64,000 nucleotides of DNA from Azolla caroliniana (GCA_043228905.1 JBHGNT010000001.1:13950001-14014000); one strand, 5' to 3'; shown: positions 11,854 to 26,000, counted from the stretch's first letter. Notes: generated by a model from the sequence alone, not told the origin. Numbers and translations are program-made.

Positions 11854-14800
11854 TAGCGCAATCTAAGTGAGTATCACGCGGTGTTTGCATGAATTGGCTA
11901 AGGAGGCCGACCGAATAACTGAGATCGGGTCAAGTGATCGTGAGGTAGATGAGACTCACGATGACTTGTAGAAAGGCGTTCTTGACGTCCATTTGATGGA
12001 GGTGCCACCCTTTCGCCGCAGCAATCGCAATTACGGTCCGCACCGTCGTCATCTTTGCCACCGGGGCAAAGGTCTCTTCGTAGTCGACACCATGCGTCTG
12101 AGCGTATCCTTTCGCTACGAGTCGAGCTTTGCAGCGGTTTACGGAGCCATCGGCGTTATACTTCACCTTGTAGATCCATCTTCATCCGATCGCCTTTTTG
12201 TGTGGTGAGGTGGGAACGAGATCCCACGTCTCATTCTTCCGTAGTGCCTACATCTCCTCGTTCATTGCTTCGATCCATCCCAGGTCCTTCGCGGGTTCCG
12301 AAAAAGTTTCCGGCTCCCGTACTGTCGCTACCTTCATCATAAAGGCGTAATGGTACGCCATATAATCGTTGTAGCCGAATCGGCTTACGGGGTTCTTTTC
12401 ACGAGTGGATCGGCGGAGCTTTTCATTTGCAAAGATGAGGGCTTTCTTAGCTCTGATTGGTACCTCGAAACCACCGAACTCATTGTCGAGTGAGTGAGTC
12501 GACTCATCGTCGTTGAAGCGACCTTCTTCGTATTCCGACATTTTCGCCTTGCCTTTGTCCATCTTTGGGCTAGGCCGTGATGTGCTTTGATCACTCAAAG
12601 GCTCTTGTGGTCCGCTCAATCGGATCGTGATCGGACTTTCTCCGATCATGCGCGTAGGGCGATCTTCATCCTCGATCTCTTGGTCGGCAGATTCCGGGTC
12701 GAGTGGAGTCGGAGTCAGAGTTGTCTCGGGTGCGTACCAGGATGCGGACTCATCAAATACGACGTCTCGACTTACTCGAGAGATTCAAGTTGAAGGGTTG
12801 TAGCACTTGTACCCCTTTTGCTCCAATGAGTATCCTACGAGGATACATTTCTCTGACTTCGGTTCAAGCTTTTGACGCTTCTCGTTGGGGATGTGTACGT
12901 ACGCTATCGCTCCGAATATGCGGATGTGCAATAAGTTCGGCTTCTTTCTGAAGTATTTTTCGTGCAGAGTGACCTCGTGCACGCCGGATGTTGTGCACCG
13001 GTTCATTAGGTAGACGGTCGTATTTGCAGCTTCAGCCCAATAAGACTTGGGCATATGCTTCTCATTCATCATTGCCCGCACTACTTCGAGGATGTGCTGA
13101 TTTTTGCGCTCAGCTACTCCGTTTTGTTGCGGAGTGTGTCAGCAAGTGAATTCTCGCCGAATTCCTTCCTTTCGGAGATACGCCGTGAAATCGTCCGAGA
13201 AGTACTCCTTGCCACCATCCGGTCGAAGGCATCGTACATGTTGGCTTGTGGCTTTCTCGACTTCATTCTTGAAATTTTGGAAGTGTCCGAACACTTCGCT
13301 CTTTTGCCGCATCGGGCAGATCCAAGTGTGCCTAGAGAAGTCGTCGATGAAGAGCACGTAATATCGGCATCCGCCAAATGTAGCCGTCTGCGTCGGTCCC
13401 CATACGTCGGAATGGACTACGTCGAGTAGACCTTTGCTCACGTTCCGCTCTTTCGGGAATGGGTGTCGGTGTTGCTTGCCGAATTGGCATGCTTCATATA
13501 CACCTTCAATCTCCTTCTCTTTGAATGTCGGGAGTCCGATGACGACTCCTTTCGATTTCATTGCTTTGAGTTTGTTGAGATTGATGTGGCCGATTCGCTT
13601 GTGCCATAGCTTTATGTTGAAGTCGACTTTCGTGTTTTTCACGAACATGGCGGATTTCATCTCGCGTGAATCGAGAATGAACATCAGGCCCTCTCTTTGT
13701 CCGCGTGCGATGAATCGGCCCTCTTTTTCGATGAAGCGACCGCCTTGATTAAATCAAACTTGCATCCCTTGCTCTACAATTTGGCCGACGGAGACCAAAT
13801 TCTTCGTAATGGTCGGTACATGCAAGACATTTTTAATGTAATTTTGCTTACCTTCTTTTCCGAACGGAACATTGCCAATGTGTCGAATCGGGTGCGTAGT
13901 GTCTTCTCCGGTTTCGACATAGCCGGGTCGGTCCGGCTCTCGAAGTTCTCAGAACCATTCTTGATGTGATGTCATATGGTTCGAGGCACTGGAATCGACG
14001 AACCATATGTCTTCCGGACCGGAGGCACTAGTTGAGGTAGCGGCCGACATAGAGTTTGCTCTATGTTTCATCATGAACATTCCGCCACGGTCGGAGTTGT
14101 GCGCATACATTCCGCCACGATCTTCGTAGTCGGAGTTGTGCCCGTACATTTCGCCACAATCTTCGTAGTCGGAGTTGTGTGCGTAATTCGTGAGTTGTCA
14201 GCTTGTGGAAGCCGATTCACGCATCTTCTTTCGGCACTCTTCTTCGTGGTGGCCGAGCTTTCCGCAATATCCGCATTCGGTTGCGTTTTGACGGCTCGGG
14301 CCAGAGTGGAAGCTCCCCCTTCTTACGAAGGTTCCTCGTTGGCTTCCGTTTTGTGGCCGAAATTGGGAGTTGTTGTCGTAGGTCAGACCTCGTCCGCCTT
14401 GTCCTTGGCCGAATCGGCCTCTCGCTCGTCTACGTCCTCTTCCTCCATTAGAGTGTGTGTAGAGCATGTGGCCTTCCGACTCATTGCTCCTTGTACGCAC
14501 GTGGTTTTCTTCGACCAATAGCATTGATTAGAGCTCGAAGAAGGAGGGAGATTTCTCTCGTGCTAGAACGGCGGTTCGCATCGCGCCGAACCGTGGTGCA
14601 AGGCCGTCGAGGCATATTTGCACCATTTCATCATCATCTATACTTATGCTTATTGAGCTGAGCGAGTCGCAAAGCTCCTTGATCTTCAAGGTGTATGTCG
14701 TGATAGACATGTCCCTTTGTTGAATGTTGTTCAACTCTTGGCGGAGTTGAAGCTTCCTCGCGGTCGTGTTCGCGGCGAAAATCTTTCGTAGATTTTCCCA

Positions 14801-15610
14801 CGCTTCCTTCGACGTCTTAGCTTCTCGAATGTAACTGAGCATGTGGTCGTGAACACATGTCGCCAAACAATACATCACGCGGCTTGCATCTTGCTCCCAT
14901 GTCGCGTATCCAGGAGCCGCTTCGGCAGGTCGGTCGGTCTTCATGCGCTCCTTTGATGTAGCTCCAATAGCCTTTTCCGACAAGGTATTGGTGCATCTTG
15001 TACTCCCAAGATGCGAAGTTGTTTCGATCCAACTTCTCGGTAGGGAGAGCGCTCCCCATTTGAGTATTCATTATGTCGATTCTTCTTCTTCTTCTTCTCT
15101 CTTTGAATGCGAGCTATGTAGCGAAGCTACGATAGCTATGAGCCGGTTCTTGGTCGTCGGCATAGAGCACAACACACGATCACGATGAGGCGAATGGGCT
15201 AGATCGAGCTACCAAATTGCTCTGATACCATGTAAAGAATCAAGAGATGGATTCTTGTGAAGCGGAAGAGATGTGAGTTATGTCTGTGTGTAAGAGAGAG
15301 AGAGAGAGAGGGTGAAACATAGAGAATATGCAAGGTAAAAGTATATTGACAAAGGAGAAAGACACAACACTATACAAGGTGGGAGGAGGGTGCTTTATGT
15401 AGTCACCCTCTCTCTTCATTAACTACAAGGCTCATGGAGCATGGGGAATGTGAAAGCTCATAAGTTATGTGTCATAGAATATGATTTTATGACTTATACT
15501 AAATGCTAGAATACAAAGAGGTGACTTAATGGTGACTCTTGACCGTTGGAGTGTCTATTCACTCTCAAGGTGATTCACACACTAGACCAAGTTGAGCTTG
15601 ATTCTCAACA
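11854..15610 (-). mobile_element. Ty1/Copia element A, single LTR, internally deleted and 3'-truncated
   Basis: 5' LTR 15231-15610 (TG...CA) and tRNA-iMet PBS TGGTATCAGAGC at 15219-15230. Gag with CGYCGKLGHHEEEC, protease WFVDSSAS, integrase HSDVWGP, and RT start KARLVAKG...DVKNAFL. RT core is deleted near 11965. No RNase H or 3' LTR. Confidence 0.92.
14090..14190 (-). repeat. 39-bp in-frame tandem repeat (~3 copies) in Copia A Gag-PR linker
   Basis: gtcggagttgtg...cattccgccacgatcttcgta repeated, encoding approximately YAHNSDYEDRGGM. The related Copia has a single copy at ~17630-17680. Confidence 0.8.
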
Positions 15611-16214
15611 ATAATCAACTCTTTATTATGCCCCGGAATTTTCAGGCCTTTAATCTGAGGCCCAACGGCTCATTAACTTGCAGAAAGAGACTCCGCATAT
15701 AAAATGAATAGGTGTGGGGCAAGTAAGCATCATTGTCTTACCAAACGAGTTATTTCAAAACCTTGTCTCATATTTCCTACAATTAGTACATAGCTCCTTG
15801 CAATTTTATATAGTGTCCACATCCCATAGATTCACCTATATGGGAATTCCATTGTTTTCAATATTTTATCTAAGAACATCCAATTGACCCTATCAACGGC
15901 CTTCTCAAAATCTAACATAAGCATAGTTGTTTCTTGTCGAGTTTGTTTAGCAACTGCACATGCTTCCCAATAGGTGACAACATTGTCTAGTATGCATCTC
16001 TCCTCCATGAAACCCGATTGGTTGTCATGTACTAATTCTAGCAAGTGAGGCTTAAGTCTACACGCAAGGATTTTTGCATAGATTTTGTAGATCATATTCA
16101 AGATAGTTAACAACCTCCATTTTTTTATGTCTTTTGAAGCAATGACATTGTTTAATTTTGGAATCGAATAGATGAGCCCTTTCGTGAAAGACTCTAGCAT
16201 CCATCCAAAGTTCC

Positions 16215-19200
16215 TGTTGAGATATCAAGCTCAACTTAGTTTAGCTATTTAGTTAACCATGTAACTTAGTACTTACCTAGATAGAATCTAGTTAGTGTGT
16301 TGACCTTAAAGCCTTAAATATGATTTTGTACTTGAGTGAGATACATTCTTGATCCTCCACTCACATGTACATTTAATATAGGACTTACACATTTGTAACT
16401 ATATTCTCCTCACACATGTGCACCCTTGCACATGAGATGTATATATACCTCATTGAGGATATTGTTGTATTTTGATGATGCTTTTTAACATAGTTAATCA
16501 TCCCCCATCTTGTCTCGTTGTTCATAAGTGTTCTTTCTCTCTTCCTCTCACACTCTTACATACATACACACACACATCACATAATCTTTCATTGCTTAAT
16601 CAAATAATTAGGTACTAATTAACCCCTAGTTAATTACATCATTCTTGACATGGTATCAGAGCGTGTGGTTTAGCATCCACTAAGCCCACCCGACTCTTCG
16701 TGATTGTGTGTTCGAGACGCTGACGACAAATCCAGCTATCAGTTACCATAGTGCCGCTACGTAGCACGTGTACGTGATCGAAGGAAGAAAATCCAAAGAA
16801 GAAAAAGAAGAGAAGATGTTAATCACAAATGGGTAGCTCGCTCCCTAGTGAAAAGCTAGACCGGAGCAATTATTCATCTTGGGAGTACAAGATGAACCAA
16901 ACCTGACATCACAAACACCAACTACCCAATGTGGGAGCAAGGAGCGAGTTGGGTAATGTATTGCTTGGCAACATGTGTCCATGATCACATGCTTAACCAC
17001 ATTTGAGACGCCAAGACACCTAAAGAGGCTAGGGAGAATCTCAAGAAGATTTTCGCCGCCAATACAACGACACGCAAGTTTCAACTCCAACAAGAGTTGA
17101 ACAACATTCGACACAAAAATATGTTTGTGTCGAACTACATTGCCAAGATCAAGAGCATTTGCAACTCGCTTGGCTCCATCAACATAAACATTGATGAAGA
17201 TGAGATGGTTCAAGTATGCTTGGGCAGCCTTGTGCAATGATTCGACTCGTTGAGGACGTCAATCTTGGCAAGGGAAAACCCTCTTCGTTCTTCGACCTTC
17301 AATCAATGTTATTGGTCGAAGAAAACCACGTCTCAACCAAGACCAAGAAGTCAGAAGGACAAATGTTCTTCACGAATTCGGATGGTGGTCGAGGACAAGG
17401 TCGAGGCGGTAGAAGAGGTCGATTCGACCCATCTCATGAAGGAAACTCAAACCTTTGACAACAAGACGGAAGCCGTCAAGGAATCTTCGGAAGAAGGGGG
17501 AGCTTCCATGTCGAACAAGGTTGACAAACGAGGCCCTCTACGTGCAACTATTGTGGAAAAATCAGCCACCACGAGGAGGAGTGTTGAAAAAGGAGAAGTG
17601 AGTTGGCTTCGACAAGCTGACAACTCATAACCTACGCCACCAACTCCGAATACGATGACTATGGTGGGATATTCGTAATGAGACATAGAGCAAACTCTAT
17701 GTCGGCCTCCGACTCCACAAGCACCTCCAACTCAGAAGACGTGTGGTTCGTCGACTCCAGCGCCTCACATAAGATGATGTCACACCAAGAGTGGTTCCGT
17801 GACTTAAGAACGCTGGATCGACCTAGTTACATAGAGACGAGAGACGACACCACACATCCCATTCGGCACATGGGCAATGTTCCATTCGGCAACGACGACC
17901 AAAACAATTGCATCAAGAATGTTCATTCTCGATTCGAACGAGGTGAAATCGGCCATGTATGCCAAAGGTCTCAAAACCGAGATGGACATCGAGTTGTGGC
18001 ACAAGAGAATCAGCCACGTCAACCTCCAACGGCTCCGAGCAATGCAATCAAAAGGAGCCATCATCAAACTTTTGACATTTAAGTCGAAATGAGTCGACCG
18101 AGTGTGCGAAGCATGTCAAAACGGCAAACAACATCGACTCCCATTCTCGAAGGAGAGCTACGTGAGCCAAGGCCTCCTCGACGCCATACATTTAGATGTA
18201 TGGGGACTGGCTCAAACGTCGATGATCGGCGGATGCCGATACTATGTCACCTTCATCGACAACTACTCCCACTACACGTGAATCTTCCTGATGAAGAAAA
18301 AGAGTGAAGTGCTCTCCCACTTCTAAAAGCTCAAGGGCCAAGACGAAAAAGAAACCAGTCAGCACATTCGATGCCTACGATCGGATGGAGGAAAGGAGTA
18401 CTTCTCCAACGAATTCATCTCCTACATCCAAGGTGAAGGCATTTAGAGAGAATTCTAATGTCGACACACACCCCAACAAAATGGAGTAGCTGAAATGAAG
18501 AATCGGCACATACTCGAGGTAGCACGCGCCATGATGCATGAGAAGCACATGTCGAACTTCTATTGGGCCGAAGCGACATCCATTGCCGTCTATCTCATGA
18601 ATCGATGCACCACTAATGGAGTACATGAGCTAACTCCATACGAGCTCCTTGTCGGAAGGAAGCCAAACCTTTCGCACCTCAAAGTGTTTAGAAGCATTGC
18701 GAATGTATGCATCCTGAATGAACAATGACAGAAGCCCGACGCGAAGTCGGAGAAATGTATCCTCATAGGATACTCGTCGGGAAAAAGGCATACAAGTGCT
18801 ATAACCCTTCGGTTCCACCCAACCCGACCAAGGAAGAGTTGAACGTCACCTCAGAGGACGATATTTGGACAAATCCTCTACCAAAGGACAATCCAAGCTC
18901 TACCGAGCTAAGTGAACCACCCGAGCCTTCAAGCATTCCATGCACGTTCCGCCCAAGTACGAACTTGGACAAAGGCAAAGGTAAGATGCTCGAATACGAA
19001 GTCAACCACCCTGATGGCAGTGATTCGGATGTCTCAGCTCGCTCACTAGACAGTGAGTTTGGTGTACCCATTATGTGGACACCCAGAGTAACAAAGGCGC
19101 TCACATCGGCGAGCGAAAAACTTTGACGCTCATTTAGAGAAAAGAACCTCATCACTCGGCTCGGATACAACGAGTATATGGCCCATCATTATGCCTTCGC

Positions 19201-19876
19201 GATGAAGGTAGCGCTCGAACAAGAGCTCGAGAGCTCGACAGAAGTGGCTCGTGACCCATGATGGGTGGAAGTAGTGGGCCTTTGCCCATACACTACAAGC
19301 CTTCATCACAGGCTTGAGGGGGATGAAACTGCCTCGATAATGCCAACGTCGAAAGCTGAACAGAAGCCAACATCGAAAGTCGGACAATGCTGAAAGCAAA
19401 ACCGAATGTCAAACGCCTCACACTTGAGCTTGAGGGGGCATGTTGAGATATCAAGCTTAACTTAATTTAGCTATTTAGTTAACCACATAACTTAGTACTT
19501 ACCTAGATAGAATCTAGTTAGTGTGTTGACCTTAAAGCTTTAAATAAGATTTTGTACTTGAGTGGGATACATTCTTGATCCTCCACTCACATGTACATTT
19601 AATATAGGACTTACACATTTGTACCTAAATTCTCCTCACACATGTGCACCCTTGCACATGAGATGTATATATACCTCATTGAGGATATCGTTGTATTTTG
19701 ATGATGCTTTTTAACATAGTTAATCATCCCCCATCTTGTCTCATTGTTCATAAGTGTTCTTTCTCTCTTCCTCTCACACTCTTACATACATACACACACA
19801 CATCACATAATCTTCCGTTGCCTAATCAAATAATCAAGTACTAATTAACCTGTAGCTAATTACCTAATTCTTGACA
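16215..19876 (+). mobile_element. Ty1/Copia element A2, two LTRs, lacks RT/RNase H
   Basis: LTRs 16215-16650 and 19441-19876 (436 bp each, ~20 differences by eye). PBS TGGTATCAGAGC at 16651, PPT tgagggggca, TSD gttcc/attcc. Decayed gag, PR and INT are homologous to element A; the sequence jumps from the post-INT region to the PPT. Confidence 0.93.
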
Positions 19877-22800
19877 ATTCCAAATTTTAGTAAATCCCCC
19901 CAGCATTGGTTCTTTCACATGCTCCCAAAACATCTCGTAAAACATCCTTCCTAGCTTGTCAGTGCCTGGGCCTGCTTCCTTATTTATATCCCTCAATACA
20001 TCCGAAATTTCCACCAAAGAGATGGGTGTATCCATTTATAACTTCACCATCTCTTTCATACGCACATTTAGGACTTCTTCACCCTGTTGAGTACCGACCC
20101 CTTCCTCATTCAATAAGCCATTGTAAAAATGAGAGACAATTTGCATTATTTCTTCTGGATTTTCAGTGGTAGAGCCATCTCCTTGTTTTAGACTCATCAT
20201 TTGAGTGCCTCCACATTTGGCCTTGGTGCTGTTGAAAAATTCAACATTCATTCAGTCCCCTTTGTGGCACCACCAAGTTGCATTGCGTCTAATTAGAAAG
20301 GTGCTTTTCGTTTGTAGCAAACTTTGCAGTTTTTGTGTAGACTCATTTAGGATTGATTTGGTCCAAACACAAGTTGGATCTTTTTCCTGCAGCCTCTGGG
20401 CTGCAACAAGGCTTCTCTACAACCGATTCTCTTTTATTTTCAATGTCAATAGTTCTTTTTTACAAGCATCTTTTTGTACTGTCGAGGAGTCGTCTATTTT
20501 GCTAGCTAGCTGCATGGTAGCCAATAGGCCCCTTTGTTTTCTGACCAGATGTTAATAATTAACAATTCAATAACCTCATTTTTGAAGATTTTATAGGGAA
20601 TTCTTAAATTTATTCATTTAGGATGCATGTTGCTATAGGAGAAAACAATTTGCACGAGTTTGTGAACTGAGAAAACAAAACCCAAGATCATTCCTAAATT
20701 TCCCCCTCGCATTTCTAGGTTTGGGCTTTTACGTATATTCTGTCCAATCTTGTGTGTGAATGTTCCAACATGCCCTTACCATCTCTTGAGTACTGTAAAG
20801 TGTTAGTAGCTTGACAAAATCGATTCAAGTGCCACATATATGTTATCTGCATTTTCCATGTGAGTTCGCTCCAAGCATGTAACTCTTGCCCTTTGATTGC
20901 CAATGCATTTGAATTCCCTGAGGTGTCCATCTGTGATTTAGGCATATTGAAATCTCTTGCCACAAGCTTGTCTTCAGTTTGCGGCAAATTATGCATCAAA
21001 GCAATCAAAAGCTCTCTTCTATCTATTTGTCTATTCGGTGCATAGATATTCAATACCCCCACACACCTGTCACATGTCTGTATTACAACATAGACTACTC
21101 TTCCTTGCACAATTTTGCCCCTGTCTAAGGTGGGAAAATGGCTATTTTGTTGTTTTAGAATGGCAACCCCACTGTTAATTCCATTTTCACCATAAGTCGT
21201 TGAACCATAGTACAACCATTCTTTTTGTAGCATTTTTGCAAATCTTGTTAATCACATTTTGTTGAGGTGATGTTCTTGGACAAGCACAAAATCTACTTTC
21301 ACATCATCCATTAATGCATTCAGTTCCATTCGGAATTCTCTTCCCTCCTTTAGGCAATCTGCACCTCCCACTCCATGAATATTCCATGCTATCACTTTCA
21401 TTACAAAATATAGGGGGGAACACTCTCCAAGAGCAAACTTAATTGCTCATCTATTGGCCAATGTGCACTTTGCTTGACTGCGCAGTTCCACATTTCTTGT
21501 AATCCTTGCTAGGATCCAAAAATCAAGTTCTCCACATGGAAATGAAGGCCCTCTTGCATTTCAAGTAATCCTGCTTGCATCTCCATGAATAATATCAGCA
21601 AATCTTTATTTACAATTTCAGGTGCAACTTTTACTTTCCAGTATTGAGAGCACTGGCTCCATATCATTCCATCTCTGTCATCAATTTCTCTGACTATTTT
21701 TCTTTTATCTAAGTCTATATATTGAATGCCGAGTCAATCAACGATTCATTACCCTCTATTACATCTTGGAATCCCAAAATAGTAGAGAACGCCCATGGGA
21801 GCACGTTTTCTCATTGATGGGCCATAGTGTTATAAGCCGGATTCTATGGGGGAGGGCCCTCCACTTTCGTCCTAGGATATGTAGTTGCACTCCTAGCCTT
21901 TGCAGATTTGCTTTTCTTATCTCTACTGCCTCTTTCGACATACCAATGCTTCAAGGTCCTTGATACCAATATTGTTTCTGATCCATGCTTTTGTTGCCCT
22001 GAGGTTGTTTACATTGTTTTCATCAAGCGAACTATCAAATTTCATTCCACTATTCACCACTTCACGCGGGGAGTTAGGAACTCTATCTACTTCCTCTTCC
22101 TTAATCATCACGGATTTCAATGATGTGAATAGATCACTAGTCTCAATTGGCAAAGTTGCATTGGAAGTTCCTTCTCCAATCCCTCTACTTTCTACTGCAT
22201 TCTTTACAACAGAGGGTTTGAATGCTTTAGACGGGGATATCCACTCCATTTCTTGTCCCCCTTCCATTTGCTTCCATGAGTCACTTGCTTTGGAGTAACT
22301 GTTGATGTTTGCATTTTGTGTTCTTCCTACATTACCAATTGTCTGTGCATTGTGCACTCTCCTAGTGTTTCCCGTGTCTGGTAATTTTCTATTCAGACAT
22401 TTTTTTTGGTTAAGTGTTTAGTTTCTCTGCACACATAGCATTTCCCTGGTTTCCCATAATATTCAATGTCTATCTTGGACCAACCATAGTCCTTGGTATA
22501 GACATTTAATTTAGACAACAAATTCTCAATGTTGTTTACGAGGATCCTTACTTTAGGCAATTCGTAGAGCTCTTCTACAATTTGGACAAAAAGTGCCTAG
22601 TTTGGCACAGATAGCTGGTATCAAAGGCTTCAAGTGAGCCGCCATATTAGGGAAGGCTATGGAGATAAGTTTCGGATGGCCTGATTTAGCATTCACCTCG
22701 GTCATGTTAAAGGAGACTGACCATTCCATTAGGATGCCCTTTCCATAAATTAGGTCGAGGGGATTAGCCTCCAGGATTTCCTTGATGTTTGCATTCATTC

Positions 22801-22996
22801 TCCTCCAACTCTATGTGAAAAAAACTCATGCCGAGTGGGTGCACCCATTTGGATTGGTGGCATAATCTCTTGTAGAGCAGAGCTTGTAGAAGATCTCTTA
22901 CCATTTCTTAGAAAACTAGGAGGAGGGAGGTTGAGGGGTAGAGCGAGAAATAAAGTAAAAGAGAGTGAAGTGAACCAACCCACAAAACTGAAAGTC

Positions 22997-23004
22997 TAGG
23001 GTTT
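22997..23004 (-). promoter_or_regulatory. Telo-box upstream of RRS1
   Basis: TAGGGTTT (AAACCCTA on minus) ~70 bp before the RRS1 ATG, followed by (CA)n. Known motif of ribosome-biogenesis genes. Confidence 0.6.
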
Positions 23005-23070
23005 AAAACACACACACACACACACACACACGAACAAACACAGAGACAGACAGACAGACAGAAAGAAAGC

Positions 23071-26000
23071 ATGGAAGCTTCGCAGGCTGAGCGTGAGGAG
23101 GAAGACGAACAGCAAGTCTTTTTCTTTGTGGACGTAGGAAATCTTCTCGTCTCTGATTCTCGCGACACCGCAATTACCTCCTCTTCATCTTCCAGGTCAG
23201 CTCACCAAACTTATGTTTTTTTTTTCTTGTTACTGTCTTCTCCCCCTTTTCCCCTCCCTTTCGATCTCTCTGTTGTTGCTTTCGCTTTGGTTTAGTGTCC
23301 ATCGATTTTCTCTCAGAGAAAACATCGTTTCTTCTTCTTAATCTTGTTGTAGTTTTGTTTCTCAGAGATGACACCGCTTCTTCTTCTCCGAAATGTATTC
23401 GTTTTTGTTGTTGCTTTTCCGCTTTACTATTTCTCCCATTAAATTTGTCTTATAAACATCACATCTTGTTGTTTTTGCTTTTCTCAGAGATTATATTGCT
23501 TCATTGAGTTAGACCTGATGATTCTCTTTCCTATCCTCCTCTGCCTTCTACCTTGATGTTTCTTCCTTGCTGCTTAATTTTTCAAAATGTTCAATGATGA
23601 GCTATTTTGTTAGGGAAATAGCCTTGCCTTTGTTCGCTATTTGTTTATGTTTTTCCTATTCCCCTTGTTTCTCCTTTGCCCTAGTTTCCTCAGAAGTAAG
23701 ATCTCTCGGTGGTCAGAGTAACCTTGTGTTTCTTTGCCTTCTTCTGAAGCTTTCAGGTTTCATATTGTTTTTGTTTTCTTCTCGTTTATGTTCTAATTCT
23801 CTATGAAATGAGATCAGTTAATGGTGTAAAAATCTTGCCTTCATTTTCTTTCTTTGTGTTTGCTGCTTTGTCTTTCGAAGAGTTCATGCTTTGCCTTTTG
23901 TTTTACATTTTCACATCATTTTATCAGAGATGATATTTCACGAGAATGCTTGGAAAGAGGACAAAAAGCTCTTCAGGCTTTGGCTGAGAGGCTTTTCAAG
24001 CTTCCTTCCACTCCAGAGAAGATTGGACGACTCGTGAAGCTTCCTTCTCCCTTGATACAGCTACCTCGAGAGAAGCCTGTGAGTACTTTATGTTCTGTCG
24101 AAAAGTACTTTGTTCTATTCTCATCAAAGAAGATGTGGCTTGTATGTTTATAGCTTGACATGAGAGGGTATTGTTTATTTTTAATAAAAAAATTTGTGCT
24201 ATTTTATAAAAGAAAATTCAGTACATAGTTTGATCTGTAAAATTAAGATTCTTTATTCTCTTTTTGCCATGTTTAAACAGCTGCCTAAACCTAGGCCCCC
24301 TACTAAATGGGAGATTTTTGCTCAAAGAAAAGGTCTGAAGTTTTTTGGTTCAGTCGGTTTTGTATTGTATTGATTTGCACCAGAATGTAAACGGATGATT
24401 TGTATTTCAGGGATTCAGAAGAGAAAGCGGAGCAAGCTTGAGTTCAATGAACAGACCGATGATTGGAGGCGGCGATATGGCTACAAGAGAGTAAGGGACG
24501 AGAACGACATTCCTATCATTGAAGCAAAGGCATCAGATGGTTTGTCAGCTCTTATCATTCCTTATGTTGGTCGCAACAATACTATGCTTGTGTGTTTTAT
24601 GTAATAGGCTGTAATAAAAGTCATCCTTCCATCCACTCACACATATCAGAGATCATTTCAGACATATTGAAGATCATTTCACACATATCAGAGATCGTTT
24701 ATAGTGTAAAATATATTTTGAGCACCTGACACATAAATTATCTTTGCGGTTTTAAGACATCTACAGCATGAAAATGCTGTTTTCTTTTTTTGTTTCATGT
24801 TTTGGACATCTAGAGTCTCGTTTTGTTTGATATTCCACGTTTTACACTGAATCACTATAATTGTTTTCCTTGATTTCAAAGTAATTCAAAGCAACAAGGA
24901 GTTGAGGACAATTTGACGGAGTCATTAAAATGAACATGAAAATTTTGAAAAGAAACATGAGATGGAGGGTGCTATGTGATAAAAGTGTTAGATTGTTTGT
25001 GAGATTTCACAAATACTTGCTGATTTTATCATTCTTTAGAGTAGCTCGATCATAAATAACTATGAATTTTAGGTTTGACCAATCTTAATGAGAAACATGA
25101 GATGAAGGATGCTATGTGATAAAAGTGTTAGATTGTTTGTGAGATTTCACAAATACATGCTGATTTTATCATTCTTTAGAGTAGCTCGATCATAAATAAC
25201 TATGAATTTTAGGTTTGACCAATCTTAATACCTCTTGTACTATAATGAAGGAACCTATTTTCTTACCGATGATTGCATGACTTCTCTGGTTGGATCGCAA
25301 TATCAAGAAGATAGATAGATATGTTTTTGTTCGAAGTCTTTCTGGTATTTTGACTTTTTATGTTTGTTAGCAAGAAGGATATTGGCTATGGCTAATACTT
25401 CCTTTATTAGGAGGAAGAAGGAATATCAAATCAAGTGCTTAAAAGGTCCAAGGGCTCAGAAGTTTCAAAATCTGGTGTTAATTTGAACTGTGCTCTATCA
25501 TCCTTTTAGATTGCACAACTAGCATTTTTAATTCACTACTCTGCGATTTCAAAATCGATATGTAAAAAGCATGGTCTTCCATGGTTGTGTCTGCAGTATT
25601 TAGCTGTTTGTCCTTCCATTCACCTCGCCAGATTTTGCTAGCTTCAACTTGCAGGGATGTGCAAAGTCTATGCACTATCAAGATACTTTCTAAATACTCT
25701 TGTTATTTATGCCCAGTTATGGGCATTGAACCAAAAGTAGAATAAGAAAAAAAATCCAAGAAACCTGATGTATAAGAATCTTCATTGACCGAGGATTTGC
25801 GAGAAAGGATTCTTTCTGGTTCTAATGACCGTTTAATTTAGAGTAGATGAAAGTGAACCCTTGTTTTCTATAACTCTATATTCATTTATGTTTTTCAATT
25901 TATATGACATTATTTTGATATTGTCTTGTGCAGAAGTGGGTTCAGATCCATTTGCTCAACGGCTTAGTGAAAAGAAATCCCGTGTTGCAAAACAAGAGAA

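Larger units (their letters stand above)
10400..22800 (-). mobile_element. Decayed L1-clade LINE (LINE-a), split by two Copia insertions
   Basis: Segments ~10400-11853, 15611-16214 and 19877-~22800. Endonuclease starts MKVIAWNIHG at 21401 and includes NIYAPN, DFN and RLDRIY. RT motifs NQSGF, LDFEKAVD, FADD and YLG. ORF1 remnants at 21400-22800. Many stops and frameshifts; no TSD found; outer ends approximate. Confidence 0.85.

Noticed and set aside
11630-11890. 86-aa ORF fusing Copia RT to LINE RT in frame
   Set aside because: Accidental junction product between two decayed elements, with stops on both sides.
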